Origin: Raillietiella orientalis
Lineage: Eukaryota
Assembly: GCA_036172245.1 (NCBI GenBank)
Contig: JAYWIR010000018.1
Location: 3,534,001 to 3,598,000 of the forward strand
Direction: 5' to 3'
Length of the DNA stretch: 64,000 nt
The translations under genes and the position numbers were made by a program. Under the pieces are notes generated by a model. The model was not told the DNA's origin and did no database searches. It saw only the letters and a list, made by a program, of their open reading frames with translations. Positions 50,301 to 63,994 of this stretch are shown here, one piece after another; position 1 is the stretch's first letter, and each line of letters opens with the position of its first letter.

Positions 50301-53300
50301 GAGAAGGTGCATCCTATTGTCTGGTGGTAGTCCCCATAGAGATGATTCCATCCCTACGGTCAGATGTCATTGCCACAGAACAACCAATAGATCAGAAAAT
50401 AGCGAAACTGTCGTGGAAGATTCAAAAGAAGCAGAATTTTCCGAGTTTTGGATGCAGGATGCAGCCTCGCAGCACTGTTAAGGCTGAAGTTGATCTTGAC
50501 ACAGCAAACAGAGTTGTTTGAGAGGAAAAGAATCAAAGTAGCAGCGAGATTTTTATTCAAAAGCTCTAAATGCAGAGTTTAAAACCAGAACCTACACAAT
50601 CCGAAATCAATGATTTTGTTCAGAATTCAAGGTGCTTCCATGCTTAGGTGCCAGATGTTTTTTGTTTTTGTTTTTTCTGCAGAGAAATTGTGTTGCATGT
50701 TGGCATCTTTGATGTCAGTGCCAGCAAGTATTTCCAAATCAATCTTGATTTATAAACACAACAGTTGCCGTAGGCAATTTTGGACTTGACAAAATTAATT
50801 TCGCTATGTTCCTTTTGATATAATGGTATGACTGATGAGTTCTTGTTGCTTTATTTGTATTCCTTTGCAGGACTGCTCTCATATGTCAAGAGAAAGTCCA
50901 TTTTTCTAACTCATTTCTCACTTCTAATTTTAGATATGAATTTGGTTACATATTAATTTTGCAAGATTGCTTGGATAGGTCGAGCGCGAGTAATCAAGCA
51001 AGTCAGTGTTCCAGTACTCCATCACAAGCCAGAATACACAACACTTGCATTAACTCTGTCCGTACCTAAACACCAGTAACAAGTCAAATCATAACAAGTC
51101 TGGAACGTAATTATAAATTATCTCTTCGGAACCCCTATGAATTTTTCTCACACGACTTTTTCATCATTCCAGAATGATGAAAAAAGATGAAGTGAGGTTG
51201 TCTGAATTCCAAAACCCAGCTGATACTTGGCGATATCAATCCGTCATCACTCTTCCTTCTAAATTTGTCTCTCATCATCCAGTTCCTTATTTATTCCTCA
51301 GTCAACTATTTTGTTTGTTTGTTTGCTTGTTTTTTCATCACTATAACTTTGTCTACCTTTCACACAATTTTAATACTATTATTTTATCCAATACTTTGCC
51401 TATTTTTCATATTATTGAAATTATATTTTAATTATATGAAAGATAGACAAAGTGATGGATAGATTGATGGAAAAAATAAATAAAGGTTAAATTGTTCTTA
51501 TTTTCATAAAAATGAAAATAAAAATAGCTTCAGTACATTTCCACGCAATCCGTATCATCATCAGCTCATCATGCATTTTCACTTGAATTCCACGATCTGA
51601 AATAAACCATCATAAGAAAAATTAGTCTCATTTCTCATCATTCCCTTTCTTCTTCTCACATTATTATAGAGTTCATTACTGCAACGGCGATTCTATCATT
51701 AATAATAGTGCCGTCTTCCATCCAAGAATTACATCTCAGTTTTCTTTCTGGACCTGAATACCTCTCTTTGAGTACCATCTCAACACCCACATGGAAATAT
51801 ATTATCTACTTTTCTCCCCCATAGCCAGGCTGATTGCTACTGTTGTTGCTCGAAACAACGTCCTCCGAATTAGTCTTTCAGCATCAAATCGAATCCTCTA
51901 GATTCTTTGTCAAGATGATAAGGATGGGATTTTCTCTCATGCTCATAATTCCAGTCGAATGAACGCCTTGAAGCTCATCAATATCATATCAGAGCAGTTT
52001 CTAACTCTCGATCCATATTTCCCTTGAACATTCCCCCCCGAAATATTGGTTTTCCTATCCTCGAGGATAGATACAGACCATCCATGATTGACTTGACCTT
52101 TCCGTAATACCTGCTCACCTTATTATGTTTTTCCCGTTCTTAATCCATTTCCGAACTTTGGCATCAGTATACCAATTCTTTTAATTCCCATGGTTCTCAT
52201 TCCCAAGTTCCTTAATACCTACCAAGGACTAGTGAAGACTCCATAGGACATATGTCTCTTTCAGTGCTCTGTTGTTCGAGCAGCCTCTTCGCGTGCAGCA
52301 GGTGCCAGGAATTGATCTTAGCGCGCACTGCACGCTGCCTCCCACTGTAAGACTGCAGCGCATGAAGGCGTTCCCTTTTCCTCGTGCTGACTCACAAGCA
52401 GCCACTGGATTCCGCTCATTGGAGAGGAATATGCTTACACAAGGGACGTGAGCATCTTCTTAAGCCCATCTTTCAATTCCAACAGCCTAAGGGGTTGTGT
52501 CGGGATTGGTGAAAAGCTGTACAGAAACAGCAGTCACTTCTTAGTTCGCAAGAAACCACCGGAAGAATAAATGCAACGCACGGCCGACTTCAAAGAAATG
52601 AGAATCCCATCCCATTGCATCCCTGAAAGAAATGGCAACTCTGCACGAACTATGCATACGACTAGCAACAGCACTTTTGCCATCTCCATTGCTGAGATCC
52701 TCCTCAGCAATGGTATCACGTATTACCCGCAGTTCTAGAAACTGGAATATCGTCCGCCTTAATCTCCTTCTAAGCTAATAGGTAGTTATCGTCATGCCTA
52801 GAAATTGTCTACGAACTAAAGCATTAACCCATTCTATTGTAAAGCACACGCCTACTGTTGAATAGAAATCTTTTAGAAAACTCAATCCGTCTCACAGTTC
52901 AACCTCATGAATATTAATTTGCATTCTCTCTGGAAGAGGTATGAAATAAGTCTTCATTTCAAGACCCCTGACCTATTTGAATGATGACCACATATGAAAA
53001 ATTTATTATGCAGTCTATTCCTTTTTCCAGAAATGAGAAGACTGCGAAGAAATACCTTTATCTCCTTTTTGCTAACCCTGCGGCTGATCCCGAATGAACT
53101 CCTCATCCCAATACTGTGAACTGTTTTCCCCACAGTGCACCTCCTTTCGGTTTCGTTCAACTCTTTTTTTATGAAACAGATCGATATAAAAATTTGTTTT
53201 TGAAAAAATACTTTCCCTGAAATAAACTCACTATTGTACTTATTGGGTCACCATGGTCATGCATTTAGGCCTCGGTGAAAAGCACGAATCAAATGGGATG

Positions 53301-56300
53301 GTTAAATTCATGGAAAATTTGCATTTTTCTATTGCAAATTTTTTTCATTGATTTTTTCATTTTTATTTCGAAAGTGATTTGTTCTCTTTTAGTAAACACC
53401 GTCCCTTTCGGGAAGAAGAAATCCCACGAGATTCAATCACTACTATTGACATTGGAATTCGAAATGAAGCCATCTGTATTTCCCAATTAAGAACCATCCT
53501 TTCAGAATCGAACTTTGTTTTTGGAAGCCCTCTGATGCCTTCAGAATGGAATTTGAAACGTGTAAATTACTGTTGATAAACAGGAACTTCTTTCGATTGC
53601 CATCTTGCTTACTGAATGTTCAAGATCTATCGTTCTATCGTTCTATTCCTGGAGCTTTTCTCCTGGTTCTGTTCACCTTTTGTAGTCTCAGAGCCATTTC
53701 TGATTCAAATGCTCATGTTAAGATCAAAATATGAAATATAAACAGCTCCACTCTACTCAGCACCATAGGGTCCGACTTGGGCTTGGTACGATAAACAACC
53801 ACTATGATCCAGTGTTTAATTAACTTCTTGTACATGCGGGAAATATCGTTCTACATTGGTTACTGTTTCAAGCCAAGTTATCATGATGAAGATTAAGTGT
53901 ATATCAATGGGTCGAAGAGCTCTGTGCTCTTTAATAAACTCCGCTATCTGGTCAACAAAACAAAATTAGAGAACAAACGCAAACACATTTTCTAGGAGGC
54001 AGATAGCAAACTATCCATTTGACCCTCCCACTTGAAAACACACCAATATGTGCTTCTTTCCATATCGCTTTCCAGCTTTTCTTTATAAAGCACTGCAGCC
54101 TTCTTCTGAAGCAGCAGCTTATCTGCTTGAATTCGAACGTTGTTATCATTCCTCTTTCACCATTAACCTTCGTATCCTTGCAATGACCCATCGATCAACA
54201 GCGCCAGTAGCAACAGCACATCTTAAACTGGACAAATTCAGACTAAAAGTCCTCCTTCTCAGAACTCTTTACGAACTTTTGTCGAACTGCATATCCACTG
54301 GAATACATTCCCTTTCCCCCTATCAATACTATAGCCTTTACAACCATCAACAACAGAGTTATTTTGTTTACACTTACATTTCTCTCAGCTGCTTTAACGC
54401 TCCCTACGAAAAATATATTTGCTTTATCAAGTGTTACATCTTCAAGAAAAGGATCACTTACTAAGCATAATACTACTCTAATAAAGGGAACCATAAAATT
54501 CGTTTGCAAGGCTCTCAGGTTCTTGAAATAACCTACGCATTTACGATCAAAGCTTTTACGCTTTGATCTTGCTCTCTTTGAAACATCCTCCATAGTGGAA
54601 GTTGATAAAACGACACAGCTCAACTCAAGCGAAGTCCGATCTATAGATCTCAGAACCACTTCTGTAACTGATCCAGTCTATCCAGTTAATAAAACATTGT
54701 CCTTTATACAATTAAGGGAGCAGTCAAGAAGTGATAGCCTCTAGAAGGATTCCTATAAAAATATATCCCCCTCTCCCCCCCCAAAAAAAAGATTCTCGGT
54801 CCTTCATCTTCGCTTAAAACTGGTATTCGCACTCTTAGAATCTGTAACACAGATTCTCTTGCAGAAGAGACAAGGCTATCTCTTTTTTCCAAGGAATTTT
54901 CTTATTTGATAGCAAGAAAGGGATGATTCTGCTCAAGAATTCTTTTACACAATAAATGCTATTCTATATTCTATACTGCTTCACGTGTCCAACCCAGCAG
55001 CACAAAAAAACCAAGCACAACTGCACTGTGAACTCAGCACATGCTAAAATCTAAACCACTTTGAAAATTTATTAACTATGGCTCTGTAGGTCACTATTGT
55101 TCCTTGAAGCTGCAAGAAATTTTTGCAAGCGTCAGATTCCCTCATAGAGTACGATAAGCATTCACGTATATTTCTCTTATTCAAGCGCACAATCTATCTT
55201 GAAAAATCTTTGATTCATGAACCATCATTTTATGTCCTGTGATGTTTCTGCAGACTGTGGTGAAATGCGACAGCATAGGAAGGCTTATCTCTCTTCGGTT
55301 TGCAATATTGAACTTACGAAAAATCTGAACTCATCAAACGAGAAATGATACTCTGATACAGACTTATTGCTGCCTTCTACGATGGTTCATACGCCAGCAG
55401 CAGGCAATTAGCATAGATTCCTCCTTATAATGGACATATGCATGACTCATCGGCAGTAAAACACTACCAATAACATCAGTCATTTCCATTCTCTGCTGAT
55501 CACACTTGTCTAGCAGAAAAATAAAGACTAGCAGCCTTATTGTCTGCTTTCTAGAACTTCTATTATCACATATTCCATTTGTCCTAACCTGTCCGTATTC
55601 CCCGTCCCTAGTACTCTACCTCTGATAACAATTAAACCCATTCATATCCTTCAGGTTCAAAGTTCCTTTGACTTTGTACGAACTTCGACTCTGATCCATG
55701 AGCCACTTGATATGCATCTTAGATAGGTGTAAGTGGTTACCTAACGAAAGCAGTCTTGCCAAGCACAATGTCTACGATTCACGAACCTCATCTTTACTCC
55801 GAGCCTGTAAAAGAGAATACTGAAGGAAACACAATGCACTTACACTCTCTAGCTTCAACATGTTCCTTCTGGTGTTTAAAGTGCACAACTTGAAGGAGGT
55901 TCCGATTCGCTTCAGAAAGCAAAGTTGCGTGAGAAATGAGCGCGTACAAAATTGCCAATATATTAATATTGGCAAAACCGCGTCACAGTAAAGGAAGAAA
56001 GAAAAAAACATGCCATACTCACGCTCTTAACATCACACCAATTCGCAGCAGAAACGCAAATATTCAAAGAAACAGTTCAGTGAAAGAACGGTTCCTAAGG
56101 CTCTAAATGAAACTTAAGTACGGACACGGAAACTAAGTCAGTCAGAATGACGAGTGTAACTGAGCAGAAACGTTCCCTCCAGCATTTCATGATCAGTTAC
56201 CCGAAAAAATCAAACATGGAATTCGCTCTGAATAAGGAAAATAGGGGTGCCCTCTTACCACTTCCGTATCCTCGGATGAGAATGCTAAAGCGAAAGGCAA

Positions 56301-59300
56301 AATAATTATAAGGATCCAAGCAACGGTTGTCTGAATCCTTTTGGATTCGGGTCCCGGAATGCGGCGAGAAACTGGGACTTTCAAATTTAGATTTTGAAAA
56401 CCTGATGACGAAATCAGTCAACCACAGTGAAATCAATGCCGGAAGGAAACGCTCCGAAATTTCCTTCATTTTCTGGAAAAACAGGGTGCGGGGATAGAGA
56501 TAGAACGAAAAGAAAAAAATACATCTATAAATTGAAAAGGAATCTCTGCTGGGCTATTGAGTTCGGCCGACTTTATCCTCTCCACCTGCCCGTGGTACTT
56601 ATGTGTGTAGTGCCAGTAGCACAACGGCTGTCATGAAATCTGCTCCGCAGACTTGGTCCGCAGTTTGACCGATAACCCTTCATGCCGCATTTTCCAAGTC
56701 ATTTCGAAAAAGGATAAAAAGATACCAAGGAGCAATAAGCACCATCTGACTTCAACAAGCAAAAGAAAGTAAGGTCTGGCATTGGTATGCACCTAAGTGG
56801 CTTTAGCATCGAAAGGCAAGATCACCAGAGAGAATGTTTCGGAGAACGAGCGGCGTGGTGATAAGAGCAGTTGGTTTTCCAAGGATATGAAATTTCGATA
56901 TCCAGACTCTGGGATCTCGAGTCTAGAGAAAAATCCCTCGAAAGTTTCCAAAAGGAGACGTGATTTCCAAGAAATCGATGCAAATGACAGTTGTATGAGG
57001 ACAAAAAAGAGGTCGCCAGCAATCCCCGGTTGCTATAAAATCAAATCAAACACAGAGCAATTTGATCATTGCAATTTTATTAAGTTCTACACAGATCTTC
57101 TAGAAGCTGCACAACAAAAATTGTTTGGTTTGCTTCTGGTGATGCCGAGCATCCCATGCACCGCTGTCCACCAGAATTGTTCTGGCAAATGGTCACTTAA
57201 TCACCACCTACTGTAAGCAGGGGCGTGCCTGCTCTGTACATGCAGCGTCTGTGAGCAAACCTTAAGACTGAAAAAAATAGCTCCACTGAAGCTAATGAGC
57301 TAACATGCTCTTAAAATGATTCTGATTCATCACCACAACTGTTGCTGCTCATAAAGCCACATCTCTCGCAGGTCTCAGAACCGAAATTAACATTTCTTGC
57401 ATCCCATCATCACCAGTTTCAAGGTGCTCATTGCTTATTGCTCATTGCTCATTGCACTCTCTCATTGCTTTCGGTAGTCCCAACTCCAGGCTTAGAAGAA
57501 TCTGCAGATTTCCAAGTCGCAAAGTCGATCTAACTGAACTCTTCATCCAGAACAACCCTCCTTTCCTCTCTCTCTCCTTCCCTCTCTCTGCCGACTTCAT
57601 AACTGAATCTTACTTAGCGAGTGCCAGAAAGCACATTTCCTGACATATGGAATTTGTGTACCCATAAACTAATTGCTGCAGATCCGACCTCACAGTGGCT
57701 CATGTCTGATAAGATTTCGTGAAGAAGAAACTGGAAAACCAAACGAAAACAATCAGCAGCTAATCAAATAGGCAGTTATGATAACTCTGCATTCTCCATC
57801 TCTGTCATAAATTATTCTTATCTGTTATCCATCATTTGCGCTTTCCAGTCGGTAATTTTACGTTTCTTTTCCCTTTCCTTTTCTTCAAGACAAGTTCCAT
57901 TCAGGAATGCATTTCTCTTGTCTTTATGATCCAACTTCGTTTCTCACCCATATCGAAAGAATGCTCTGAGGTCACTTGAAATGAAAGTTTGGAATGCTGC
58001 CACCCATACTTTCATTGTTCTTTGGATTCGGTTTTCAAACGCCACTTCATCTCACTTCCATCGCAGTTCAAGTATCTTTTCTCCTCCCTCAGCCAGATTC
58101 TCATATCTGTCCTCCCGAGCATCGGCATCCTATTTACATTTCTCGCTGTCATCCACATAGTTTTTCAAGTATCGATGCTCCTTCTTTAGGATAGGCCAAT
58201 GTGCGTGAGGAGTCTGACTAATCCTACAACTCCCAACATTATATTGCGTCCAGAAAATGAAATTCAGCACCCTTCCCGCATTCCAACTAGCAACAACTAG
58301 TAGTACACCTTGCTCTATTTACTATAGCCTCCTCTGTATACAAGTCCCCTGACCCGTCACAGAATCTACGGCAGCCGCGAATCGACTTGTCCAGTTGCTG
58401 TGCCTTCGTGCCCTGGGGCCAATTGTACTACTTCTCACATAGGAACATGAAACTACCTGGATGGTATTTGATGTTGATGAGAAAGTCACAGTCATTTGGA
58501 TGCCTACATCTGTTCCCATAATCAAGCACTCACGGAGATGAGTTACCTCCTGAGATTAAATGTGACTTTGTTGAGTCAAAGTAATTATTTATTTATCACC
58601 GTTCACACTCAATTGCATCACCACCTTTCTGTAAAGGACTACACTTCCGACCTCATGTTCAGCAGATTTTCGCTCCACAGTTGAGAAAAAATCGATTTTT
58701 CCAGTGCGATGCATAAAGTTCCTTTTCTTGTAAAAAACTCACAACCCGATGCATATTCCCACTGCTTATGAAGGTGAAAATAGAGAGTTATCACAAGTTT
58801 CACCTCCCGTTCGGACACCCATATTGGCAAAAAGTTTTTGCTGATAACCCTTTCTCTACACTATCTCCTTTTTGAGTAGAATTGAGATGGTAATAACTAC
58901 GGTGACAAGCCTTATAAATGGTATAAAAATGTATGGCATAACGCGTATATTGCCAATAGCAGAGCTGGAACTGTGTGCTCTGTCCACATTATCCTTCCAT
59001 CCTTCTCTCCGCTTCCAAGAAACAGACCGTGTCATAGCCGTACTTTAGCCATGTCATATTTTGAAGATCTGGCTTATCCTCAATGCTGCACTTGTTTATT
59101 CCGGCTTCAACCCTGAGATTTTCAAAAAAATTGTCCTGTCGCTCCTAACAATATCATTCTTTTTGTCCTCCTGGCTAAGAACCCAAGTGATTACTCTTGA
59201 CACTATTACTCACCTGGCACTCTGTCCCATTTAATGGATAGTGATGTCAGTGGAGTTCCTGCTTACAAATCCAATCCGTGAAAAATCCAACCCGAGTTAT

Positions 59301-61400
59301 CAACTTCCATTTCTGATAAGACTTTCTACATCAAACAGGGCATTTTTTAAGATCAGAAATGAAACCTCGAATACCACATTGCATTTTCATGCCCTACCCT
59401 TGACTCTGTTGCCATGTTGAAACGTTATTCTCATCAATGTTCCCAGGTGATGGAAGATTGCAGAAAGAACAGTAATCACTTGGACAAATGGAGCTTAGAA
59501 ATTTGGTGAGATACTACTTTCCCACACCGAATTTTATATCTATGAAAAGATTTCAGATCACGGAAGAAAAATAATAAGCAAAACTTTGGCAAGACCTAAC
59601 ATCAATTTGCCAGCATTTCATTCCTTTCGAACCAGAGTCCATATCTCTGATGTTCAAGTATCCAGCATCCATGAAAATTTAACTTTTCCTGATACAAGAG
59701 TTGGTCAAGACGTTTTTCCATCTACCTCATCCTTCAGAATCCACCAATCTAATTCCCCAATCTAAAAAAGGTGGTGACCAATAATTCCATCAGGAATGAA
59801 AACATTCCCATAGTCGTTTTCCCAGCCCTCATGCTGTTAATATTTTAAGGGTGCACTCTTTCTGCCTACAAAAGTTTCCTGCAACCTTTGATTAATTGAG
59901 TTTGCTCCCTAAATCAATGAATCCCTCGTCAAATCAGAATTAATTTGAGCTTCCAATGATTATCTCACAGTAGCTTATTTGTGTCAACTGCATCTTCATC
60001 GACATTACACATAACCCTCCAATAAGAAACTACTCACATATGATGCACAAAAAAGTACTCTTTATCAGATTATCTAGTAACTCCTGTTGTCTTGTTTATC
60101 ACTACCCAGTTTATCACTACTAGCACGATTTCCATCTTCTATCAATGACTGCATATACACTAAGATACCTAATTATTTCATTGCTAGTGTACTACATTCC
60201 CCCAAACCTGGCAAATTTCAGGAATAATTTGTATTTATAAATTACATAGAAAACACTCCTACTGCTCTTATACATTGACTGTAGCACAAATTGGTCATTT
60301 CATACATGTGCTCCTGCAGAAAATCAAATAATGGAGATATTTTGAAAAAAGCCATCATAACTAATGTACGCATTTGACAGTGATCCTTACGGATTTCATC
60401 AAAACAGTTTCAGATTTCAGTGAAGAAAACTTCACAGTTAGGGACTTGATTGAATAGTTTCACACAGGCAATATGAAAATGTCTCCCAATGTACAACTGC
60501 ACAGAATTCCTAGAGCTTGAAATAATCAGGAACATATTAATAAAAAAAAAAATGACCCTTCAAACTGTGAAATACTAATTTGCAACTTATTTGCACTACT
60601 CTGTGAGAACAAGTAGTCTCCAATTGCATAATCACTGGCCAACTTTCATCATTTGAATTTAAGCAATTGAAAAAAAAAACAATTGTGCAGCATTAAGTTT
60701 TACTGGCTAATATTCTTGAATCAGTAACATGCTGAAAAATGAGATAATTTGTGCTTTATTTGGATCAAAGGATAAGAGAAAAGTTCAATCTGATAATTCT
60801 CATGCAATAAAAATCAAATGTATCAAGTAAACTGCATAGAATGTTCCATATATTTTTCAAGGATAACAAACATAATAATGCATTCTTTTCTTCCTTAGCT
60901 GGTATTTCCAATGAAAGTTTTCAGACATTCACCCAATCTCCATCTTCATAGATACTTGCACACTTGGGTTCTTGAAGATGTGCTGCTTCTCTAAGGGATC
61001 AAGTATTCATATAAAGCTGCAAGCTGCACCTTGTTAAAGAATTACATCTGAGGATTTATGATTAAAATGATTCAAAATGTAATTTACTTTTTACAAGTAA
61101 AATTTATTCAACTTGGTTTTACAGTGTTTTACGTTAAGTAAAAAAACACGATGATCTGGTTTTTGAATTTTCTTTCTTGGCAAAAGGTTATGTGCCTTTT
61201 GTACTTACAGAGTCCAGTTAACTGCAATGTTAACTGTGTGCACTAGTCATAATTTTGGGACCTTTATCTTTCAACTTCAACAATATGACACTTAAGCTTC
61301 TGCTTTGTTCTTTTTTTCGGCTCATACACTTGTTATGTAACTTGCAGGGCCTGAATATGTCACCATTGTGGTGCGTGTTATGTTACTAAAATCAGTCCAT

Positions 61401-61406
61401 TTTATT
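61401..61406 (-). promoter_or_regulatory. Candidate polyadenylation signal of PPIE
   Basis: AATAAA on the minus strand about 160 nt downstream of the PPIE stop codon; AT-rich context makes chance occurrence possible. Confidence 0.4.
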
Positions 61407-61567
61407 TCTTCGAGCACATGTTGGAAAGCACAAGGTGTCAAACTTTTAGCATGTGTTCCAGATGCAAGAATATTTTCATTACTTGTTACTGAACACAAGA
61501 ATAACATTGATATGGGCGCGTAACACGAACGGATTTCTGTGTCTACGAAGATTTGAAAACAAATTTT

Positions 61568-61636
61568 TCATACCAATTCACCACAGTGCTCAATAACTAT
61601 CTTCTCAACTGGTTTGCCTGATTTTGTACCACATTT
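61568..61636 (-). CDS. PPIE: PPIE terminal coding exon
   Basis: Acceptor gattatag; 69 nt; [22 protein letters not shown] with TGA at 61568-61570. Confidence 0.93.
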   Translation of the reverse strand, partial: KCGTKSGKPVEKIVIEHCGELV

Positions 61637-63994
61637 CTATAATCAAATTTTCATGTGTGAAGGCAGACGACAACAAAAATATAAATACTAACCTCAATTC
61701 TCTTCACAACATCCATGCCACTGATAACTTGTCCAAAAGCTACATGTTTTCCATCCAGCCTACAAAAGACTGAAAGCAGACCCTTTGAAAAAGCTCTTAC
61801 CAGTCTGCTCTTTCAGTTGTAATAAAGAACTGAGATGAATTAGTATTGGGGCCTGAATTGGCCATAGACACAATTCCAGGAGCTGCATGTCGAAGTTTGA
61901 AATTCTCATCCTCAAACTTCCCACCATAAATAGAACGCCCTCCTGTACCATTACCATCTGTGATGTCACCACCTTGAATCATCTTGTTCCCATTAAAAAA
62001 AAAAAACTTCTTTCACAAGCTAAAAGGATACAAATTGAGGAATCACTCTGTGAAAGATGGAGTTTTGGAATCCAAAACCAAGTTCATGGGTGCATAAACA
62101 ACGGAAATTCTCAGCTGTCTTGGGAGCAATGTCATAACGAAGAAGAATTGTGATTCGACCTGCAGCTACTTTACCAATTTTCATGTCCAGGTATACTTGA
62201 ATATTTTTCTTCATCTTTTTAGCTATAGACTCATCCTATTTACTCACAAATTACTTTCTATAAACAAAATTGGCAAACATACCATCATGTCTATTTCCTC
62301 AGATCCTTTTTTTGCTGAACTGTCATTTTCACTACCTTCCTTGTTTGAATTCTTCTCTGAATCTTCAATTTCCGCAGCTTTATCTTTCTCAATAGTAGCA
62401 CCTGCGTATCTTTTGAGCCACTCGTCGTCTGCCCAAACAGGTCGAGAAGACCATTCTTTCAATTTAGGAGGTTTGGCTAAATTTACCCGAATTGTCCTGC
62501 CGAATAATTCAGAGTCATTCTAAAAACAATTAAGAGCAGAAAAACAACTACATGAATAAAGTACAAACATTTATTAATGAAGTGAATGTTTCAACATCAT
62601 CTTACACAAGAAATAATGCAAATGTTTCTGGTGTAGCAACATAGAAGATGTGATTTTATGTTGTGAATGAAACAAAATAAAAATAAAACAGCCTTGACAG
62701 CAGAATAGATTACACCTATCACTTTGTGGTTTAAGTCATTCCCATAAAGTTATTATGAAATAGATGTTATGAACCAAGAAAATCTTGGATAAACTGGCAA
62801 ATGTGAGCAACTGAATTATATTAGGAAATACTCAACAATAAACAGTTGCAACAGCTCACAGTTTCTAACTAAAAACAATTGAAAATTAATGCAGACCACA
62901 CAATACTTTTGCAGTCAGTGCCATGATATAGGATTATTTATCCAAAAATCTATCTAAAAAATCTATCTTTTACAGGATTTTAACGAGTTGAAAAAAATCT
63001 GAGGAATATCAACATTCTATGAAAAAGAATGCAACAGTACCAGCACATTTGCACAAATAGTTTATAAACATATAATTGAAAATATATTTTTCATCCAATT
63101 TAAGCACAGCAGTTTAATAAACTGCTATTTTTCCAATAAAAAAATGCAAACTTTTAATGACGAATTGAACTTAATTTTTGTTTCACTTAAGAACAAGCTT
63201 CCAGCAACTCCCAATATGTAACTTACTAAAATTCTGAGAAAACATAATAAACATAATTTGAAATATAATATTTTTATGCGACTTAAAGCATCCTGAATAA
63301 TTCCTCATTAAATCATTAAACCTTTCTGACAAACCAATTTTTTGAACATTAAATGAATTATGATTGAACAATGAATTATGATTTTCTGAATATTTTTTCA
63401 GGCAGCACCCTTTTTCTTTATACAATAATACTTGATAGCGTGAATATGTTATTACTATTTTTCTTAATTCTATTCATTTTCTATAAGATCGTTAATTGTT
63501 TGGTTTCAATCAAGAATATCACTATGTGAAAATCACACAATGATATTCTTTAATTAAAGTAATTCTACGAACTAAAAAGAGTATAACATGTATAATAGTA
63601 ACATTAATGTTTGCAAGAACTTGTAGCTGCAAAACATCTATCCAAATCCTTATACTTTGTTTAGTTACAATGAAATGTTGATGCATATAAACAACATAAC
63701 ATTAATTTTGACAATAAAAAAATCAATACAAATGATGCTTGTTATTTATCTCAAAATTTATAAATTCATTGCAATAGAAATTTTGAAAAGCAACAATAGC
63801 ACCGAAAAAGACACAACTGTTTACCATGTTGTCAATAGCACTGAGTGCATCACCTGCTGTTTCATATTCAACAAAAGCAAATCCACGATGTTTCTCTGTC
63901 TCATAATCTAAGGGTATCTGAATATCTATGATATCTCCAAAAGGAATGAAAGCAGCATTTAGAATTTTCTCATCAACTTCTTCTGCTAATCCCC
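61568..63994 (-). CDS. PPIE: Peptidyl-prolyl cis-trans isomerase E (cyclophilin E / Cyp33; RRM + cyclophilin domain), spliced, 5'-partial
   Basis: Six exons join in frame with GT-AG introns: 63825-63994, 62283-62519, 62032-62235, 61801-61982, 61693-61759, 61568-61636. Translation: [45 protein letters not shown]...[22 protein letters not shown]...[11 protein letters not shown].../...[37 protein letters not shown]...[15 protein letters not shown]...[12 protein letters not shown].../[22 protein letters not shown]. This closely matches PPIE-family RRM and cyclophilin motifs. Start exon is outside the window. Confidence 0.96.
61693..61759 (-). CDS. PPIE: PPIE exon
   Basis: Acceptor ttttgtag, donor gttagt; 67 nt; (W)[22 protein letters not shown]. 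Confidence 0.95.
61801..61982 (-). CDS. PPIE: PPIE exon (cyclophilin core)
   Basis: Acceptor aacaag, donor gtaaga; 182 nt; [60 protein letters not shown](W). Confidence 0.95.
62032..62235 (-). CDS. PPIE: PPIE exon (start of cyclophilin domain)
   Basis: Acceptor aaatag, donor gtatcc; 204 nt; [21 protein letters not shown]...[16 protein letters not shown]...FHRVIPQF. Confidence 0.93.
62283..62519 (-). CDS. PPIE: PPIE exon (end of RRM and linker)
   Basis: Acceptor tttttag, donor gtatgt; 237 nt, phase 0/0; [38 protein letters not shown]...EEIDMM. Confidence 0.93.
63825..63994 (-). CDS. PPIE: PPIE exon (RRM domain, RNP1 RGFAFVEY)
   Basis: Acceptor cattag, donor gtaaac; 170 nt; encodes (G)[20 protein letters not shown]...[22 protein letters not shown]. 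Confidence 0.95.

Noticed and set aside
53950..54660. Overlapping 138 aa ORFs and KAIWKEAHIG resembling an LTR integrase zinc-binding region
   Set aside because: Single weak motif; no second His/Cys pair, DDE core or LTRs recognised.
57426..57455. Short tandem repeats (gctcatt x4; CA run near 12432; small duplications near 33826, 36588 and 60095)
   Set aside because: Ordinary slippage products.
61322..61507. 61 aa minus-strand ORF right after the PPIE stop
   Set aside because: Overlaps the likely 3' UTR and poly(A) signal; no recognisable motif.
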